Positions 27,935-42,926 are shown, counted from the first letter of the stretch. The stretch: DNA of 64,000 nt from Octopus vulgaris (GCA_951406725.2 OX597822.1:19282001-19346000); one strand, 5' to 3'. Notes: generated by a model not told the origin, from the letters alone. Program-made: numbers and translations.

Positions 27935-28794
27935 CAAGTTTTACAAGAGAAGTTTGACTGCATTATAAGATTGTTTCAGTGATTGATAAAGTAGGAGATA
28001 TAAAATGTATAACATTAAATACCAAAAACATCTAAATTGTTTTTTGTATAAATGTATAATATCTAAGATGAGAACAAACGATTATGATTAAAATTAATGA
28101 ACATCATTTCCTTTTCATGTCATTAAGGATTAAAACAACACAGCTTGACTTCTGACACGTCTTACACCAACTAGAAATATATATTCAATCCAGTTTGTCT
28201 CCTTTGCTGGAAGTTGTTTTTAGTGGTTACAAACATGAGTGAAGAGAGAACTAAAATTTGAAAGATATTAGATATAGCAATATCTTCAGAATTCACTCAG
28301 AAATCAACAAAACCTCTTTAATAAAATAAGTAGGTCAATTCCTATTCAGTGCTACTTAGAAAGATTTCAAGACAATTATTACAAGGCATCACTTTAAATT
28401 ACATTTCAATAGTAATCCATTTTAACTACCCATTGAAACAATAAAGTTAATGACACAAATTGAAGTCAATCAAATAATACATATAACAAAAGCTAGTTTA
28501 TATATTTACTAATCAACATCAATGTTGTAGAAATTAATTCATTAATTTACCTACACATCTAGAATAAAAATAAACCTAGAAGTTATGTTCTAATCAGTCC
28601 AAAATTAAAGCAACACTAATTGAAATGTTTATAATTTAATAGGTGGAAACTTGAATGCGGCTACAGCTGAGAATCAGATCTCATTTTTAGCTCTCTTAAT
28701 TAACAGGCAATTCAACCTCTCAAATTTCTTGTATATTGTTATGGGATACATAGATTGGTAGGTAGACAGATAAGTAGGTAGGTATAAATACTGT

Positions 28795-29162
28795 TTCAGT
28801 CATTAGACTGCAGCCATGCTGGGGCACTACCTTGAAGAATTTTAATTGAACAAACCAATCCCAGTACTAATCTTTTTAAGCTGGATACTTATTCTATAAC
28901 TATCTTTTGCCAGACTGCTAAGTTACAGAGGATGTAGACAAAACAGCAGTTGTCAAGTGGTGGTGGGGGACAAACACACACACACACACACACACACGAC
29001 GGGCTTCTTTCAGTTTCCATCTAAATCCATCCACTCGAAAGGCTATGGTTAGCCCAAGGCTACAGTAGAAGACACTTGCCCAAGGTGCTACACAGTGGGA
29101 CTGAACCTGGAACCATGTGGTTCGGAAGCAAACTGCTTACCACACAGACATATCTGCACCTA
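28795..29162 (-). mobile_element. tRNA-derived SINE
   Basis: Collinear with 47115-47533, with an internal (CA)n. Confidence 0.85.
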
Positions 29163-29869
29163 TATATCATATATATTATTTCCTTTTCATATACTAATTA
29201 CTGATCAATTATCCCTCAGTTACTGTCATAAAATAGCAATGCATGATACAGAGTCCTTTTGATGGCTAATAAAGATTATTTTCATTCCATTACTTTTTAT
29301 ATTTCTAAAATACTTTTAACAGCTGAATGCCTTATTTATTGTTTCACTTTAACAAAGATATTAATACATTAATGATACACTATTCAATTTATCCACACCT
29401 GAAACTCAACCTTGTGTAGAGTTTTCAGTGAAACTGAATAGGCCTCTTGGTTCTACACAAAAACGTATGTACATATCTGAGTGACAATTCTTACAACAAT
29501 AAAAGTAAAAAAGGAAAAGAAAACTCAGCAGTGGACATGTATCCGAGAATGAAAGCAGAAAAGTTTGCTAAGTGGCCATTTTTTAAAGACATCTAGACTG
29601 TACATGTGCACAGAATATGCATAGTTCCAGTTGTGTAAACAATGCTATGTTATGCAGCAGTTATAAGTAGTGCCTCACATAGTGTAACTTACTTAAAGAT
29701 GAAATAGAATCTAGCTATGAAAAGGAAACTGTGAGTGCTACAATCTTTGCTATCTACAGATATAAAATAATTATGAAAAGTATCCAGAATTTTAAAAAAT
29801 TTTACTGGATTTAACCTGGATTGTCTATAGCTTTTGCAGTCCCTCTGAGATGAGTGTAATTGACTCACA

Positions 29870-30660
29870 TTTTTCTTAAACAGCTGCAAGCTGATGCCTA
29901 CAGGAAAAGAAAAAATTGTACTGGGTGACAATTCCAGAGTCAATGTTCTAGTACAGATGAGTGTGTGGGGATGAGAGGTGAAGGGTTGAGGAAGAGGGAT
30001 ACATTATGGGTAACAAGAGAAGGATAAACAAGTTAGGTGTGACACATGCGACTAGCTAGCTGTTAGGAGCAGAGGCCACTGTAGTCACAAGAGAGGAAAC
30101 AGCATGTCTGTACATTAGAGCTTGTTGGAGAGCAACTTAGCCAGTCATTTAGAAAGCCTTTCCTTGGATGTGTTGCAGCAGCATCCCAGATGTGGGAGAA
30201 GTATTTTGGAGTTCCCTAAAGTTTGTAATGGGTTAGTACTTGTATGTAAAACATTTGCTGAAATATTTTCTGGCTCTGGAAAGGAATAAGATGTTTCCTT
30301 GCTATGTGCAATGATAGTTGTTGAAAGAAACATGATTGGCATGACCCAATTAGAGACTGTCTTTGTGGTTGCTTCATGAAGTCAATTGCAAGTTAGGTGT
30401 GAGGTATCTAGGTTGCATATGGGTGGTGCTCGGGTGTAGGTTAGGAAGGTGTGATAGTAGTATAATCTGCCTGAACAAGGATATTGGTGAAGTGACAGCA
30501 TGTAGATCATTGATTTCAAAGAGGAAAAATGGGGCAGCAGAAAAGATAGCAAACCTGTTTAATCCCATAGTATATGGTCAAATGTATTCAACTCACAACT
30601 ATTTCATATTGACAGTTCATTTTGAACTACATTATACAGTGGATTCTTTTTTAAGAAGAT
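29870..30660 (-). mobile_element. Decayed CR1/Jockey-group LINE 3' region
   Basis: Minus-strand remnants LWN.. and LQLFKKNVS are typical of LINE ORF2 C-termini. Confidence 0.4.
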
Positions 30661-33399
30661 GCAAGTTGAAAGATTTGGTTGCTATTTCTAGTAAATGAGT
30701 GACCAGTAGATGGTTCCCTCTTTTGCTTAATAACAGTAAATAGTTCATTTATGCAGAAGATAGTAAAAGAAACTCCAATAAATGACAGCAATCTTCAGTT
30801 AATTAATGAGTGAAACCTACCAAGACACATTTATCACAATATTTATACAAGAAATAACTGATGGCTTTGTAAAAGGAAAGAGAAAATATTTGCATCCAGA
30901 CATGAAGGCAACTAAATAGTTTACAAAACTTGCAGATTTATACAAAAATCTACAAAATATAAAAATGAAATTTAAACAAAATGTTAAACTGTATTAATAT
31001 TTTTAATCCATTTTCATTATACATTTAAAATTGATACCAAAGCTTTTGTTTTCAACTTAATTTTTCCTCTGCTTTAAATAAAAGCACCAAAAAATTGATT
31101 TCCTATAATATGCAAATTTAATCATTTAAAAAAAATGTAGTAGCAGAAATTCTTTCAAAAGTTTAAATATATGGTTTTCAGTGGAAAATCTTGCAGCATT
31201 TTAGCTATTGGCAGCATCATTCCTAAATGTCATATCTCTACTGAAATCCACTTCAGGAGACAGATGCGAAATGTAACTGACTACTTTTGTCAATCTTCAC
31301 TTTCCTACAGATATTTTTTAAAAGAACTTTCTTATTCTACATTAGAATTTTAATGTGAGGAAGATAGATAAAGCTTTTTTTCAATTAAATATGCTTCAAA
31401 TTTTAACATTACACTAGCTACATGAATATTGTTGAGAGTATGGCGACAATAAAACGATGGCTTTAAATTGATACATTATTAAAATTATTGATCTTAGTCT
31501 CCAAACTCCAGTCAGCATTCATTAGTCTTAGAATAACAATGAACCAGAATGCCATATTAAAGATTTTTAACTCAGACACAAGGGAACACATTCTGGAAGA
31601 GGGAATAGACAGTTACATTAATCAAAGCCTGGAAGGATGAAAGCAATTTAACAGGCTGTATTTGTAAAAGGATGAAAGTAAATACTGCAATGCATTTTAG
31701 TCCATCACTTTACCAATTCTGCCAGCCCAAAAAACAAGCAAGGTACTTGCTTGAGAAGTTTGCTTTACAAATGCATTTGATTCTACTGTATAGCACTATA
31801 GCTTTGAAAATGGAATCTGGTACAGAGAAGCTATGCTGAAGCTCAAGGTGTATGTGGATGCATACATGCATGTGCACTTGTAATTATGTATGTGTGCTTT
31901 TAATTTTCACTGATAGGTGTGAGCAAATGATGTTTGCTGAGAAATGCATAAAGTTACTTTTTGTCAATGATGTCCCTTAGAATATTTATTCATCACCAAA
32001 TCCTGTGACATTCCTTTGTCAACTCTTCAATCATAAACAAACCAATGATGGAACCATTGGGAACCTATAGTTAATGATGCTATTATTCACTAATTACAAA
32101 ATATAAAAAGACACCATCATCTCCTCCTCTCATTAACTATGTGTCTTTTCTCTCCCTCCCTAAACCTCACCCTATGTTTTTTCAACTTACAATAATTCCC
32201 CTGCTTCAAACTCAGTCTTCCTTTTGACGTGCCATATACTAAAGAAAATGCCAAAAATGATGAGAAGTTGTGATATTAAATAGACCTCTCATCCAAGGTA
32301 TTCCATCCATGGCCATCCTAACATTTTTGGGAATGTTTAGGACTAGTTAATGTGCTCTATACACACACACACAAAGACAGATAAGCTGTGAAGACTTATA
32401 GCATGTTATTTGTAGCAGGTCAAGAAACCACAGTGGTACTGTCTCAAGAGACAGGAAATTGGCTCTGTGATAAAGAGCAGAGCAAGAATAGATATTCATC
32501 GATACAAGTTTCTATAGCTTGTATTTCTGCATTTGCACCTTGCTATCTTTCACATATCAAGGTCAGTGAGTACTAACTGAACATTTAAAAACTACATATT
32601 ATCATCTTGCTACCCACCACATAATAAAGCTAGACATGTTTTCCTCGCAGCAACTGTATGTTGCATAAGCAGAGTGTCTGGTAGCAAATAGAATCAGCAA
32701 TGTATTTTTAAAACTCATTAGTTAGTCTTTATTGGCAGTGCTTAAAAGCTTGTGCATCACTAACAAACAAATATGACCTAGTAGCTTGTAACTATGCTTT
32801 TGCTAATTGCTTAAATGTTCCAATATAATCGTGATGAGAGTTTCTCAACCCATTCATCTTTGACCCAATGGAACACTAGGGATGTGCCAGCTAGACGGAG
32901 AGAGGGCTACACTAGCAGTCATTTGGTATTTTCAGCTTAGCAAACTGAAACAAAGTGAAGTTAGGGTTACTTAAACACATGCCACCAAGTTCAGAAATCA
33001 TAGCCACAATCTTAAGATCAACACACTAATCACCAGGCTATATATTTTCAGTCAGAATTAAAAAGCAAGCACCTGTAATTCAGGCTGTTCTGAGATATAT
33101 CAGAAATACTTTTCAACAAATTATTCAATGCTTTTTGCACATCTGCACATTGTTGTAGTGAGTTTGCACCAGAACATACAAAAGTCCAGTGTCCATGTCA
33201 GTGATCCAAGTTAAAATTACAAATTTAAAAATCTTTCTGGTTGAATTTTAAACCCTTATCTTAAGATTCTTGCTCATATCTACATTGTAATTGAGTATAA
33301 AATTATTTTCTTTTAATGTCTTTCAATAGCTGAAGAGATATTGCCTTTCAAAGGCAGGATCAACTTAGTCACAATTCAAAGAAAATATTTTCTTTATCA

Positions 33400-33893
33400 A
33401 AATCAAATTCGATGACTGGCGTCCGTGCTAGCGGGGTGCAAAGAGCACCATACGAGTGTGATCATTGACAGAGCGGCTTACCGGCTTCCGTGCCATTCGA
33501 GCGTGATCGTTACCAGCGTCGCCTTACTGGCCCTCGAGTCCCGTGCTAGTAGAGTATTAAGAGCACCATCCGAGCATGATCGTTGCCAGAGCGGCTATCT
33601 AGCCTCCATGCCAGTGGCACGTAAATGACACCATTCAAGCGTGATCGTTACCAGCATCACCTACTGGCACCTTTGCCGGTGGCAGGTGTAAAAGATTCGA
33701 GCAAGGGCGTTGCCAGTACCACCTGACTGGCATGTAAAAGCACCCACTACACTCTCGGAGTGGTTGGTGTTAGGAAGGGCATCCAGCTATAGAAACTCTG
33801 CCAGATCAAGATTGAAGCCTGGTGCAGCCATCTGGTTCGTCCAACCCATGCTAGCATGGAAAGCGGACGTTAAACGATGATGATGATGATGAT
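33400..33893 (+). mobile_element. RTE LINE 3'UTR-only insertion with tandem hairpin units and (GAT)n tail
   Basis: Starts aaatcaaattcgatgactg as at 60871; ends catgctagcatggaaagcggacgttaaacgatgatgat. Confidence 0.85.
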
Positions 33894-33983
33894 GTGAAAA
33901 CAATTACGTTGATACATTTTTAAGTAACAAATTAGTGAAAACATCACCTGCTCAACCTACCCTTGTAATTTTGTTCTTCCACC

Positions 33984-34690
33984 TAATAATAATTTTAATT
34001 TTTGACACAAGGACTGCAATTTTAGGAAGAAATAGGTCAATTATATCAACCCTAAAAGGATGAAATCAAAGATGACCTCAGAACTGAAAGAGAAGAAATG
34101 CCACTAAGCATTTTGAGTATGAAGTCTAAAATTCCAAACCCTAACCTAACCCAGATCAGGTCATTTCACAATATAGACTACAGATACTGTGGAAGACCAC
34201 ATGCTAAAGTAACACTGCATTTTGTCCAAGCTATTGATTCTGCCAGCTTGCCACCACCTTATAATAATCCTTTCTACAATAGGCACAAGGGCTGAAATCT
34301 GGGAGAAGGGGCTAGTTAATTACATCCACCTCAGTACTTAACTGGTACTTATTTCACTGACCTCAAAACAATGAAAGGCAAAAATCAACTTCAGCAGAAT
34401 TTGGACCCCATATGTAAATACAAACCAAATGCCAATAAGCATTTGGTCCAGTGTGCTAATGATTCTGCCAACTCGCCATTTTAATAATAATGGTCCTTTT
34501 ACTATAGGTACAAGGTCTGAAATTTCAGAGGAGGGGCTAATCAATTACATTGAACCCAGTGCTCAACTGTACTGATTACAAAAGGATGAAAGACAAAATC
34601 AATCTTGGTAGATTTGAACTCAGAACATAAAGCCAGAAATGTCATGAAGCATTGTGTCCAGCATGCTAACTATTCTGCAAGATCATAATT
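33984..34690 (-). mobile_element. Head-to-tail cluster of 3 copies of a second tRNA-derived SINE family
   Basis: Repeated gcacaagg..tgaaat, aaaggatgaaa..caaa.tc.acct and gattctgcca blocks. Minus strand has a tRNA-like ggcgagttggcagaatc head and a gtctttcatcctttt Nin/Deu-like segment. Related copies at 31580-31725, 39975-40130 and 57970-58050. Confidence 0.65.
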
Positions 34691-37600
34691 ATTATTATAA
34701 TAAAGGACAGTTCATTTTCCAATGTACAGTATTTCATTTTATCCCTGCATTCCTATATGATTAGGCTGGTTTGTGTGGGTTTGGAAAGACAGGAAGTTCA
34801 TTGTAAAGTAGAAACACATGACCAGTGGAAGGAGGGAGTAAGATTGTATAAGTGATAAGATAAAATGAGTGAGGATAGGAAAACAAGTAATTAATGACAA
34901 ATGGGATATGAGGATGTAATTTTACATAGCAAACTGGTAATACACATATTATATACTCATTGTCTTCTTATCAAGAATTTTACTTCAATGCAGTTCTATA
35001 TTATTCTTTAAAACTAAATCTCTCTGGAACACACACATTCTCATTAAATACTGACCTATAACAATTCAGACTTAAAACTAAAACATTGACGCTATCTTAA
35101 GTCAATATACATTTTTAACTACAGACTATAGTATAGCATAAAAACTAAATGTTCAACGCAAGTTCAATTTCCAGTATGGATATTTTACTTTTCCACCAAC
35201 ATTTTTAGGCAAGACATATCACAATTCCAATTTCTTGACATGAAGCCTAATGAATCCTTATGAAGAGTTGAGTAATCAACAATTTATCACACTAGTACAC
35301 TGGTAAAAATAAACCTTCAACAAAATAGTCTCAGTCTAAAATCCTTCGACATTTCCTCTTCAGGTCAACATCTTTCTAACCTATTTTTACTAACTTCCCA
35401 AATAATTACATTACTATTTAAATTATCCTTCAGTAACTGAGCGCTCTTAGGTCTAGATGTCATTTCAACATTTTTTTTTAATGATTTTTTTTACATTTAC
35501 TTTTCTGAACTAGTATGGGTTGGAAAGGTTTGTTTCAACATACCATTTCCCTCTTTCATGTAATCCATTGTAAAAGGTCCAGCATCCTGAGATCACCTGC
35601 ATCTTCAAGCTCCTCCCATTTGTATTGACACTTTTTCTCTCAAACCATCATTTTTTTCATATTCAATATGTCCATACATACACTATATTCTGTACTGCAC
35701 AGGGTAATGCACCTAGTTCGCAATTATTTTTCCCTTAGCTCATGTGTTGCATTGGTCATGCAGGGTGACATCACCCATCCACTGGAGCCCACTTAGCTAA
35801 TTTATTTCCAGCCTTCATATACTTTCCACATTCAACATCAATGCCTTGATAGCAGACAATATTGCACATTGTGCATAGACACAAGTGTAGGTGTGTGGTT
35901 AATAAGTTTACTTCTCAACTACATGCTTTTGAACTCAGTCCCACTATTGTGCCTTGAGCAAGTGTCTTCTACTCTAAGAGGCCAACTAAAACCTTGTGAG
36001 TGGATTTAGTTGTCAAAGACTGAAAGAAGTCTGTTGTGTGTATGCAGCATATGTCTCATCTTGACAGTGACTTGTAAATGACTGGCAATCATTTCCAATA
36101 TTCTTTGAAAACATGTCTGACATGGGCAAATATCTTATTTGGAAATAAAGGCTTAGCATCAGGAAGGTCATTTGGTCATAAAAAATCTGACTTAAAATTC
36201 ATTCAAAAATGGGCTTCAAAATGACATGAGCATCATACATTTAGTACGCCTTTCAGATGTAGAAGCTCTTTATTGTAAACATAAATAATAGCTCTCCAAA
36301 TCTTCTTTACACTCCCACTGTTACTCCAGCTACTATGTTTTTACAACACAAACCTCCACTGCTAAATTAGGTCACCTAGGTCTAGGAAGCTATCAACTAT
36401 TTCTATTGAGTTTTCTAGGCAATGAGAAAAAGTTATTACAAAGCCTTCCATATGAATGAAGATGTCCCTGACACTGGAATAATGACCAGACACTGCAAGT
36501 TATACAGTAAAAAAGTGGAGGAGGAGAACAAGCCAAAATTGACAAAAGAATGAGAAAACTTCAAAGACTATTCAAAATAACCTTTGCAACCATCAGAATA
36601 AGCAAGCAAAACAACTATAACTTCCTATGAAAGAAATAAAATATTGTATTTTAAGGTACATGGCCAAGTGATTACTATCATGAGATTGTAAGTTCAATTT
36701 CTGGGCCAGGTGGCTTTCATTCCATATTCCAGTCTACACAGCTGAAAAGGAGTATAGCCAAGTTCTGGTGTAACTACCCCCACCCTACTTCCATCTACAA
36801 TATCCTCAAATGTTCCCCTGGGTCCAGAATGGGAAACTTTATATGGCACCTAAGGCAATTAATGAAATTGGTACATACTACCAATTCACACTCACTCATG
36901 GATGACAGCAATGGGCACAATTTGAATGTGGCTTTGGTCAATTTCAAGTTACATCCTTTTTCTTTAATTTCTTTCATTCATTAGACTGGGGCTATGCTGA
37001 TGCACTGCCTCAAATGGTTTAGTCAAATCAACCCCAGTACTTACTTTTTAGGCCTAGAGCATATTTTATATGTCTCTTTCTGCCAAACCATTAAGTTACT
37101 GAGATATAAACCATCACCGGTTGTCAAGTGGGAGATGCACACACACACACAAACAAGCTTCTTTCAATTTCCATCTACCAAATCCACAAAGTTTTGGTTG
37201 GCTCAGGGCTGCAGTAGAAGAAATTTGTCCAAGGTACCACACTATGGGACTGAACCCACAAACAATGTGGTTGAAAAGCAAGCTGTAAGACATCTCTGAA
37301 CTCTCCATAGCATTCAGTAGAGAGAGCCAGAAATTTATAAGCTCATGCATGACCATATAGCAAAGAAATTCACCCACTGTTTCAGAACTTTGAATAAGTT
37401 CCTTTTACCACAGATTTCAGTTGAGCTAAAGCTTCTAAGTGAAAATGAATAGAGGCAAATTGTAGAAACATTCAGTGGATTCTATCCGTTTTGATGTAGT
37501 TGACTTGTTTGTGGAGTGAAAGTTTACTTCCCAACCACAGTTTTGTGTCGTCACACAATGATACTTTGGGCAGGTGTCTTCTATCACACTGGACCAACTA

Positions 37601-39313
37601 AAGCCTTATATATGTGTATGTTTGCATCTCCTTGTAAAAAGTACTATGTGAACATAGCATGACTGGTCTTTACCATAGTCATCTTTCGTGGCATGTATTC
37701 AAACCGAGTTTCTAACAAGTGCTCTCTTCCAAAGTTACTCAGACCCTACAAAAGTCGTGGGTAACTGCTCTTCCACGTATAAGCAAGCCATAATTAAGAC
37801 ATACAAACAAAAAGCATACCAGGTTACTTGGGATTTTATTATTTCACTGCAATAAAGTGTTCATGTCAGTGTGTACATCCTGTCCACCAAATTATAACTT
37901 GTGACATATTCAAGAGTAGTGCTTTATAGTTTTCAAATGACGACACACCAATTTGTATCTGATTACAAAATTCTGTAATCATGGGAATACAATGCCCCCA
38001 GTCAGATTTGATTTTGAAATGATCACCCCCTTTCGCTAACAAGTAACCCCTAGGTTTATATTTTCTTTCTATAAGAGGCAATTTTAAATACTGAATCTTT
38101 TGGCTTACATCATTCAGTACATTAACGGTTAAACTACGTAAAATTGATGTCATTGGTCCACTTGAGTTACCTCCCTTGGTTCATTCATATACAATCTAAC
38201 GAAAACAAAAACAGCCAGTAATCTAGATCCAAATTTTCATAAGGTTGTTTATCATTGATTTTAAAATGCAATTAGCCGTTATTACGTTATTTAGAGTTAT
38301 TCAGTCCAGATGCAAGTCGCTCCTGATTAAGCAAAAGTATAATGAAAGGCATTCCAATCATAGATTTCTCGTTTGCGAGTATATCAGGACCTAATACACT
38401 GTTCCGCGCATCATATTTAAGACGATAGGATGTAATGTGATTGTTATTTCTAGTATGTCAAGAGAGCATGTAGCGGCGGCTTCTTAGGTTCGTATCGTGA
38501 TTTAGTCTTATAAATGCAAGACTGTTGCAACTTAAAACCACGGTATTCCGAGCAATGAAGTTTATGATGTCAATTTTGTGAACTGAATTTACACACATAC
38601 ACACCAATGAAAAGAAGTAACAAAAATATAGTTCTGGTGTTAATAAATATTAGTAAAATTATAGTTGTGTTGTTAAGAGATGAAATACTTTCAACATAAT
38701 GACTATGGCTACACTAAGAAAAAAGGCTGAACTAGTTGGAACAGTTCAAATACATAATCAACTGCATATGATCGATATGTAATATTTGAGCATCAATAAT
38801 TTCACTTTAAAAGTAGTAAGTTATCTCGTTTAACCCCAGGTCAACTGTGATTCATGTCTATCCTTTGGGGGGGGGGCGGTTGTCTATTGTTTATCCCAAA
38901 TGCTTTAAATAAAAAAATATGAGGCATTAGACACTGTCTCCTTTCTTTATTTTAAACTTGAAGAGATATATGGCTGCTATTTCTAAAATATCTAATTACC
39001 ACGTAGTGGCTGGTTGCCTTATTCGTTTGCAAGAATTGAAATAAAAATCTAAGGTTTATTTATATAATTAAGCCGACGGAAATAAATAAAAATACACATA
39101 TCAGAGCAAAAAAAAAATGAAACGGGGGGGGGGAAAGAAAAATGTTATGTTAATAAGTTCAAATGCATTCCAGTTGCGACCATCCCATCTTTTGAAGAGT
39201 ATGAAGCACTACACTCATTATCTACCTTTTTTAAGATGGTAAGATGTAATGAGATATGGCTACTATTTCTAGCCGGTCGAGCGACCACTTGGATATTGCC
39301 TCATTGGCTAGTC

Positions 39314-39358
<45 letters not shown>

Positions 39359-41238
39359 CACCAAATCAAAATTTCGACAGATTTGTCCTTGACTGCAAGG
39401 TGTGTGAGTGTAGAAGAGGAAACACGTGATCACAACCAGCTCTTTAAAGCCGGTAAAATAGATTCTTGGCTCTTTCCGCTTTTTGCAGAACAAAATAAAT
39501 ATATCAAACAGCGACGCCGTTCTATTTTGTTGTGGTTTCATGTAAATTAGTTTGACTACTTTTCATTATCTTAATCAAGAAGAAAAATATAGAGAAAGAA
39601 TAGTAGTAGCTGTTTTTCACTACTAGTTGATACACCCACTAAAATAACAAGAGGCTTTAATAAGTGATAAGAAATTGAAAGGGGCGTTGTGACAGGCAAG
39701 TCGTTAAGAGAGAGAGAGAGTTTGTGTGTGTGTGTGCACATATATATATCAATTTGTCTAATAAGTTTTAATATGTTGACATATATACGTTCATCATATA
39801 TATAATTTTCCCCATATTAAAAAAAGTGGTTTTTAAGAGATAAATTTGAGTGAACTGACCTCGCAAAAATATCTTCGACTCACAAGTATGATAAAATTAC
39901 ACTATGACATTTCAAACACGACTTATATAGGAAACTGATTTTAGTTCTAGAAATTAAACATATTTTAGTGAAGGGATACAGACGAGTACACGACTCCCTT
40001 ATTTGATTGGTACTTTATTTTAACAAGCCAAAGAAAATAAAAGTTGACCTCGGTAGGATTCGAAACTCAGAATAAAAAGAAACAAGACTACATGCTGCAT
40101 AACTTTTTTGCCCGATGCTCTACCGATTCCGCTATCCATCATGTTGTAGCAATAGCAATGGTTTCTAAAGACACAAGATAGTTGTGTATAGAGACACCTT
40201 CCTCTGTGTATGTGTGTGGACCTAATCGATTTTAGAGAGCCTCAATATTTGACTGGTACATAACTATTGATTTCCAAGTGAGTAAGTGTTCAATGAGTTG
40301 TAGAAATATGGAGATGATAAAAAAAAAACCTAGCTTATAGTTGCAAATATCTTCTACTGGTGGTAAAAGACAGGACAAAGATTCCTTATTTATCTCTGCA
40401 ATTGTAGAACACTACAAGAAAGCAACGGCAGACTAGTTCTGTCCATTAAAGAAGCAAGACATGTCAATTACGATGTATCAACAAGACAAAACATAGATAT
40501 GGAGGGGCTGTGCCAATAACAATGATAATACTATTGTGATGGACATTTAAGATTCTTGCTTTTGGTTCACATCACGAAAGAAACGTAGCAGAGGGGAAAG
40601 ATCAGAGTAGTTTGCAAGGCTTATAGAACTGGTACAGAACTATTAAAAATAAATATTGCTCTATTATGAGAATAATATTAAAAAAAAGTCTGGCAGAAGC
40701 AGCGATCCTTGGCCACGAGAGAAACTCGCAACACAAACATAAAAGTATATTTACATATATACACACAGACCCATACCTATAGACATATATTTATGTCCGT
40801 GTGTGCAAATCGCGAAGTAGCTAAACCCGACCGCGAAGAATAAGGAAGCAATGAAAACATCTGAAAAGTTGTAATCGACATATTTTATATACAATAGAAC
40901 CCACATCAAACACCCATACATATATTATACAACGCATTACATGTAGGTACATACATATATATGCAACCCACTATACACACGTAGATGTTACATATATATT
41001 TTTTTATACATGTTATAGAACATTATACACACTCACACCCATATAGACATGTATATACGTAGGATTATTAATAGACACGTATCTTATGAGAGCAGAGAGA
41101 ACAGAAACAGATGCTGGAATTGAATCACAAGAAAAATCATCAAATAAATAGAAGAGAAAATTTTTCACGGAAATAAATGAATAAATAAATCAAATTAAAA
41201 CCAAAAAGTCCATTAAAGATGCTACATTGCCAACTTAC

Positions 41239-41550
41239 CATTGTGACTGGAGCTGAATTAGCTTTTTTTTTAAAAAAAAAAACCTAATAGAGACGAAGAC
41301 TGTTGTGCTATTTGTTTTAACAGTCGACACTAATGTCCAGAGAAAATGAAGAAACAGAGAAAGCCGAAGAAGAGGTAAAATACGACGATGTCCTCCTCCT
41401 CGTTGTTGCCACTAAAGATGGCTTCTTCATCCGGGACCTGAGGAATTCCCAGTCTCGTTTAAACCAATCCAAAATTGTGTTACTATTTACTTCCATATAT
41501 GGAACGACGGCTAGCAACAAACCGGCCTCCCCTTCCTCCCTCCCTCTCAC
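41239..41550 (-). other. Candidate host-gene exon: 5'UTR plus ATG followed directly by a splice donor
   Basis: Minus strand ...cagctccagtcacaATG|GTAAGT (ATG 41241-41239, A at -3) in a CpG-retaining, TE-poor zone. The 5' boundary is uncertain. Confidence 0.45.
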
Positions 41551-42813
41551 AGATGTGTGTGTTTTTTTTTAATTGTTAAAAAGAAAGGAAAAAGTGAATA
41601 ATTGTGGTTGGAGGGAGAGTAAATTTATTACAGGAAGGCGGGTGGTGTTACTGATAGCGGTGGTTGGAGAGGGAAAGAAAGAGTAATTTTATACAGGGAG
41701 AAATGTGGTGTCAATGGCGATGGTGGTAGCTAAAAACAGCGAGAGAGAGAGAGAGAGTAACGTTATAGACGGAGAAAGGTGGCTTAATGCTGTAGGTGGT
41801 GATGATGGCGGCAGAAGAGAGAGAGAGAGAGTAATTTTACACACGGAGGAAGGTGGTGTCAATGATAGGAGGGAGAATTAAAACACAAGGAGGAAGGTGG
41901 TGGTGATTAAAGAGAAAGTCTAAGATAAAACAGGGAGGAAGGTGGTGTTTTATGAAAGCGTGTCTTTAAAAATAGGGATGGTGACGATGACTTGAAAGCG
42001 CAATAAAGAAGCAGATGATGGTAGAGGAAGGGTTAGGAGAATATTTGAGGGTATTTGACTGCTATTTTTAACAGATCAAGTGACTTTGGGCAGAGGAGAA
42101 GAAGGCGGTATATTTATTTAAGAAAGATTAAGAGAAAGAATATAGGAATCTTAAGTTTTGTACTAATGAGACAGGAGAAGAAAGAATTGGTGAACGAAGA
42201 GGAAGAGCTGCAGGTAGAGAAAAGAAGAGAGTGAAATAAATGTAAATTATAACAAGAGGTAGCACTCCATATAAACATACACACGTTGACGTATACTCAT
42301 GTATATTTACAAATCGTAAAAGAGACAATGACAAAGCATCAGTTAAAGCGCCCAACTGGAGGTTATCCTGACCCGACGGTGCGCCAAGATCCCCTGCACC
42401 TTCAATGTCTTCGCCAAAAAATAACACCTAAACCTGTGCGACTGTCCTCTTCTGTGTTTCACACACTTCTTTCCGATCCAAATTAGGCCCCCTACATATC
42501 TTCTAAACAAGTGCACCACACAAGTCTCTCACTTCTTCATCTCTGCTGTCCAAACTACACTATATACTCAAAACTTCACTTTGCGCTTATGTAGGATTCT
42601 CCTCCTCTCATCGCCAGTCGCTTCTCTTGTCTAGATTTTCCAGTTTCTCTGTTTTAAAGTCTCCCTCTCACATTCTCTAAATACATCTGCAGCTTCTACT
42701 GCTCTCCGAACTTCCAACAACTTTTTCTGCATCACAGACAGACACACGCATCACTTCCCACCTCTCAGAAGTCATCGACCTCAGTCAGTTCAATATTTAC
42801 ATATTCACAAATA

Positions 42814-42870
42814 TTCTTCTTCTTCTTCTTCTTCTTCTTCTTCTTCTTCTTCTTCTTCTTCTTCTTCTTC

Positions 42871-42926
<56 letters not shown>
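42814..42926. repeat. (TTC)n(TC)n microsatellite
   Basis: Seen directly. Confidence 0.95.

Noticed and set aside
37866-38153. 95-aa minus-strand ORF with a nearby acceptor-like site
   Set aside because: No recognisable domain, and an in-frame stop lies between the acceptor and the ATG.
41317-41572. Overlapping 77-aa and 79-aa ORFs
   Set aside because: No homology cue; better explained as UTR or promoter sequence.
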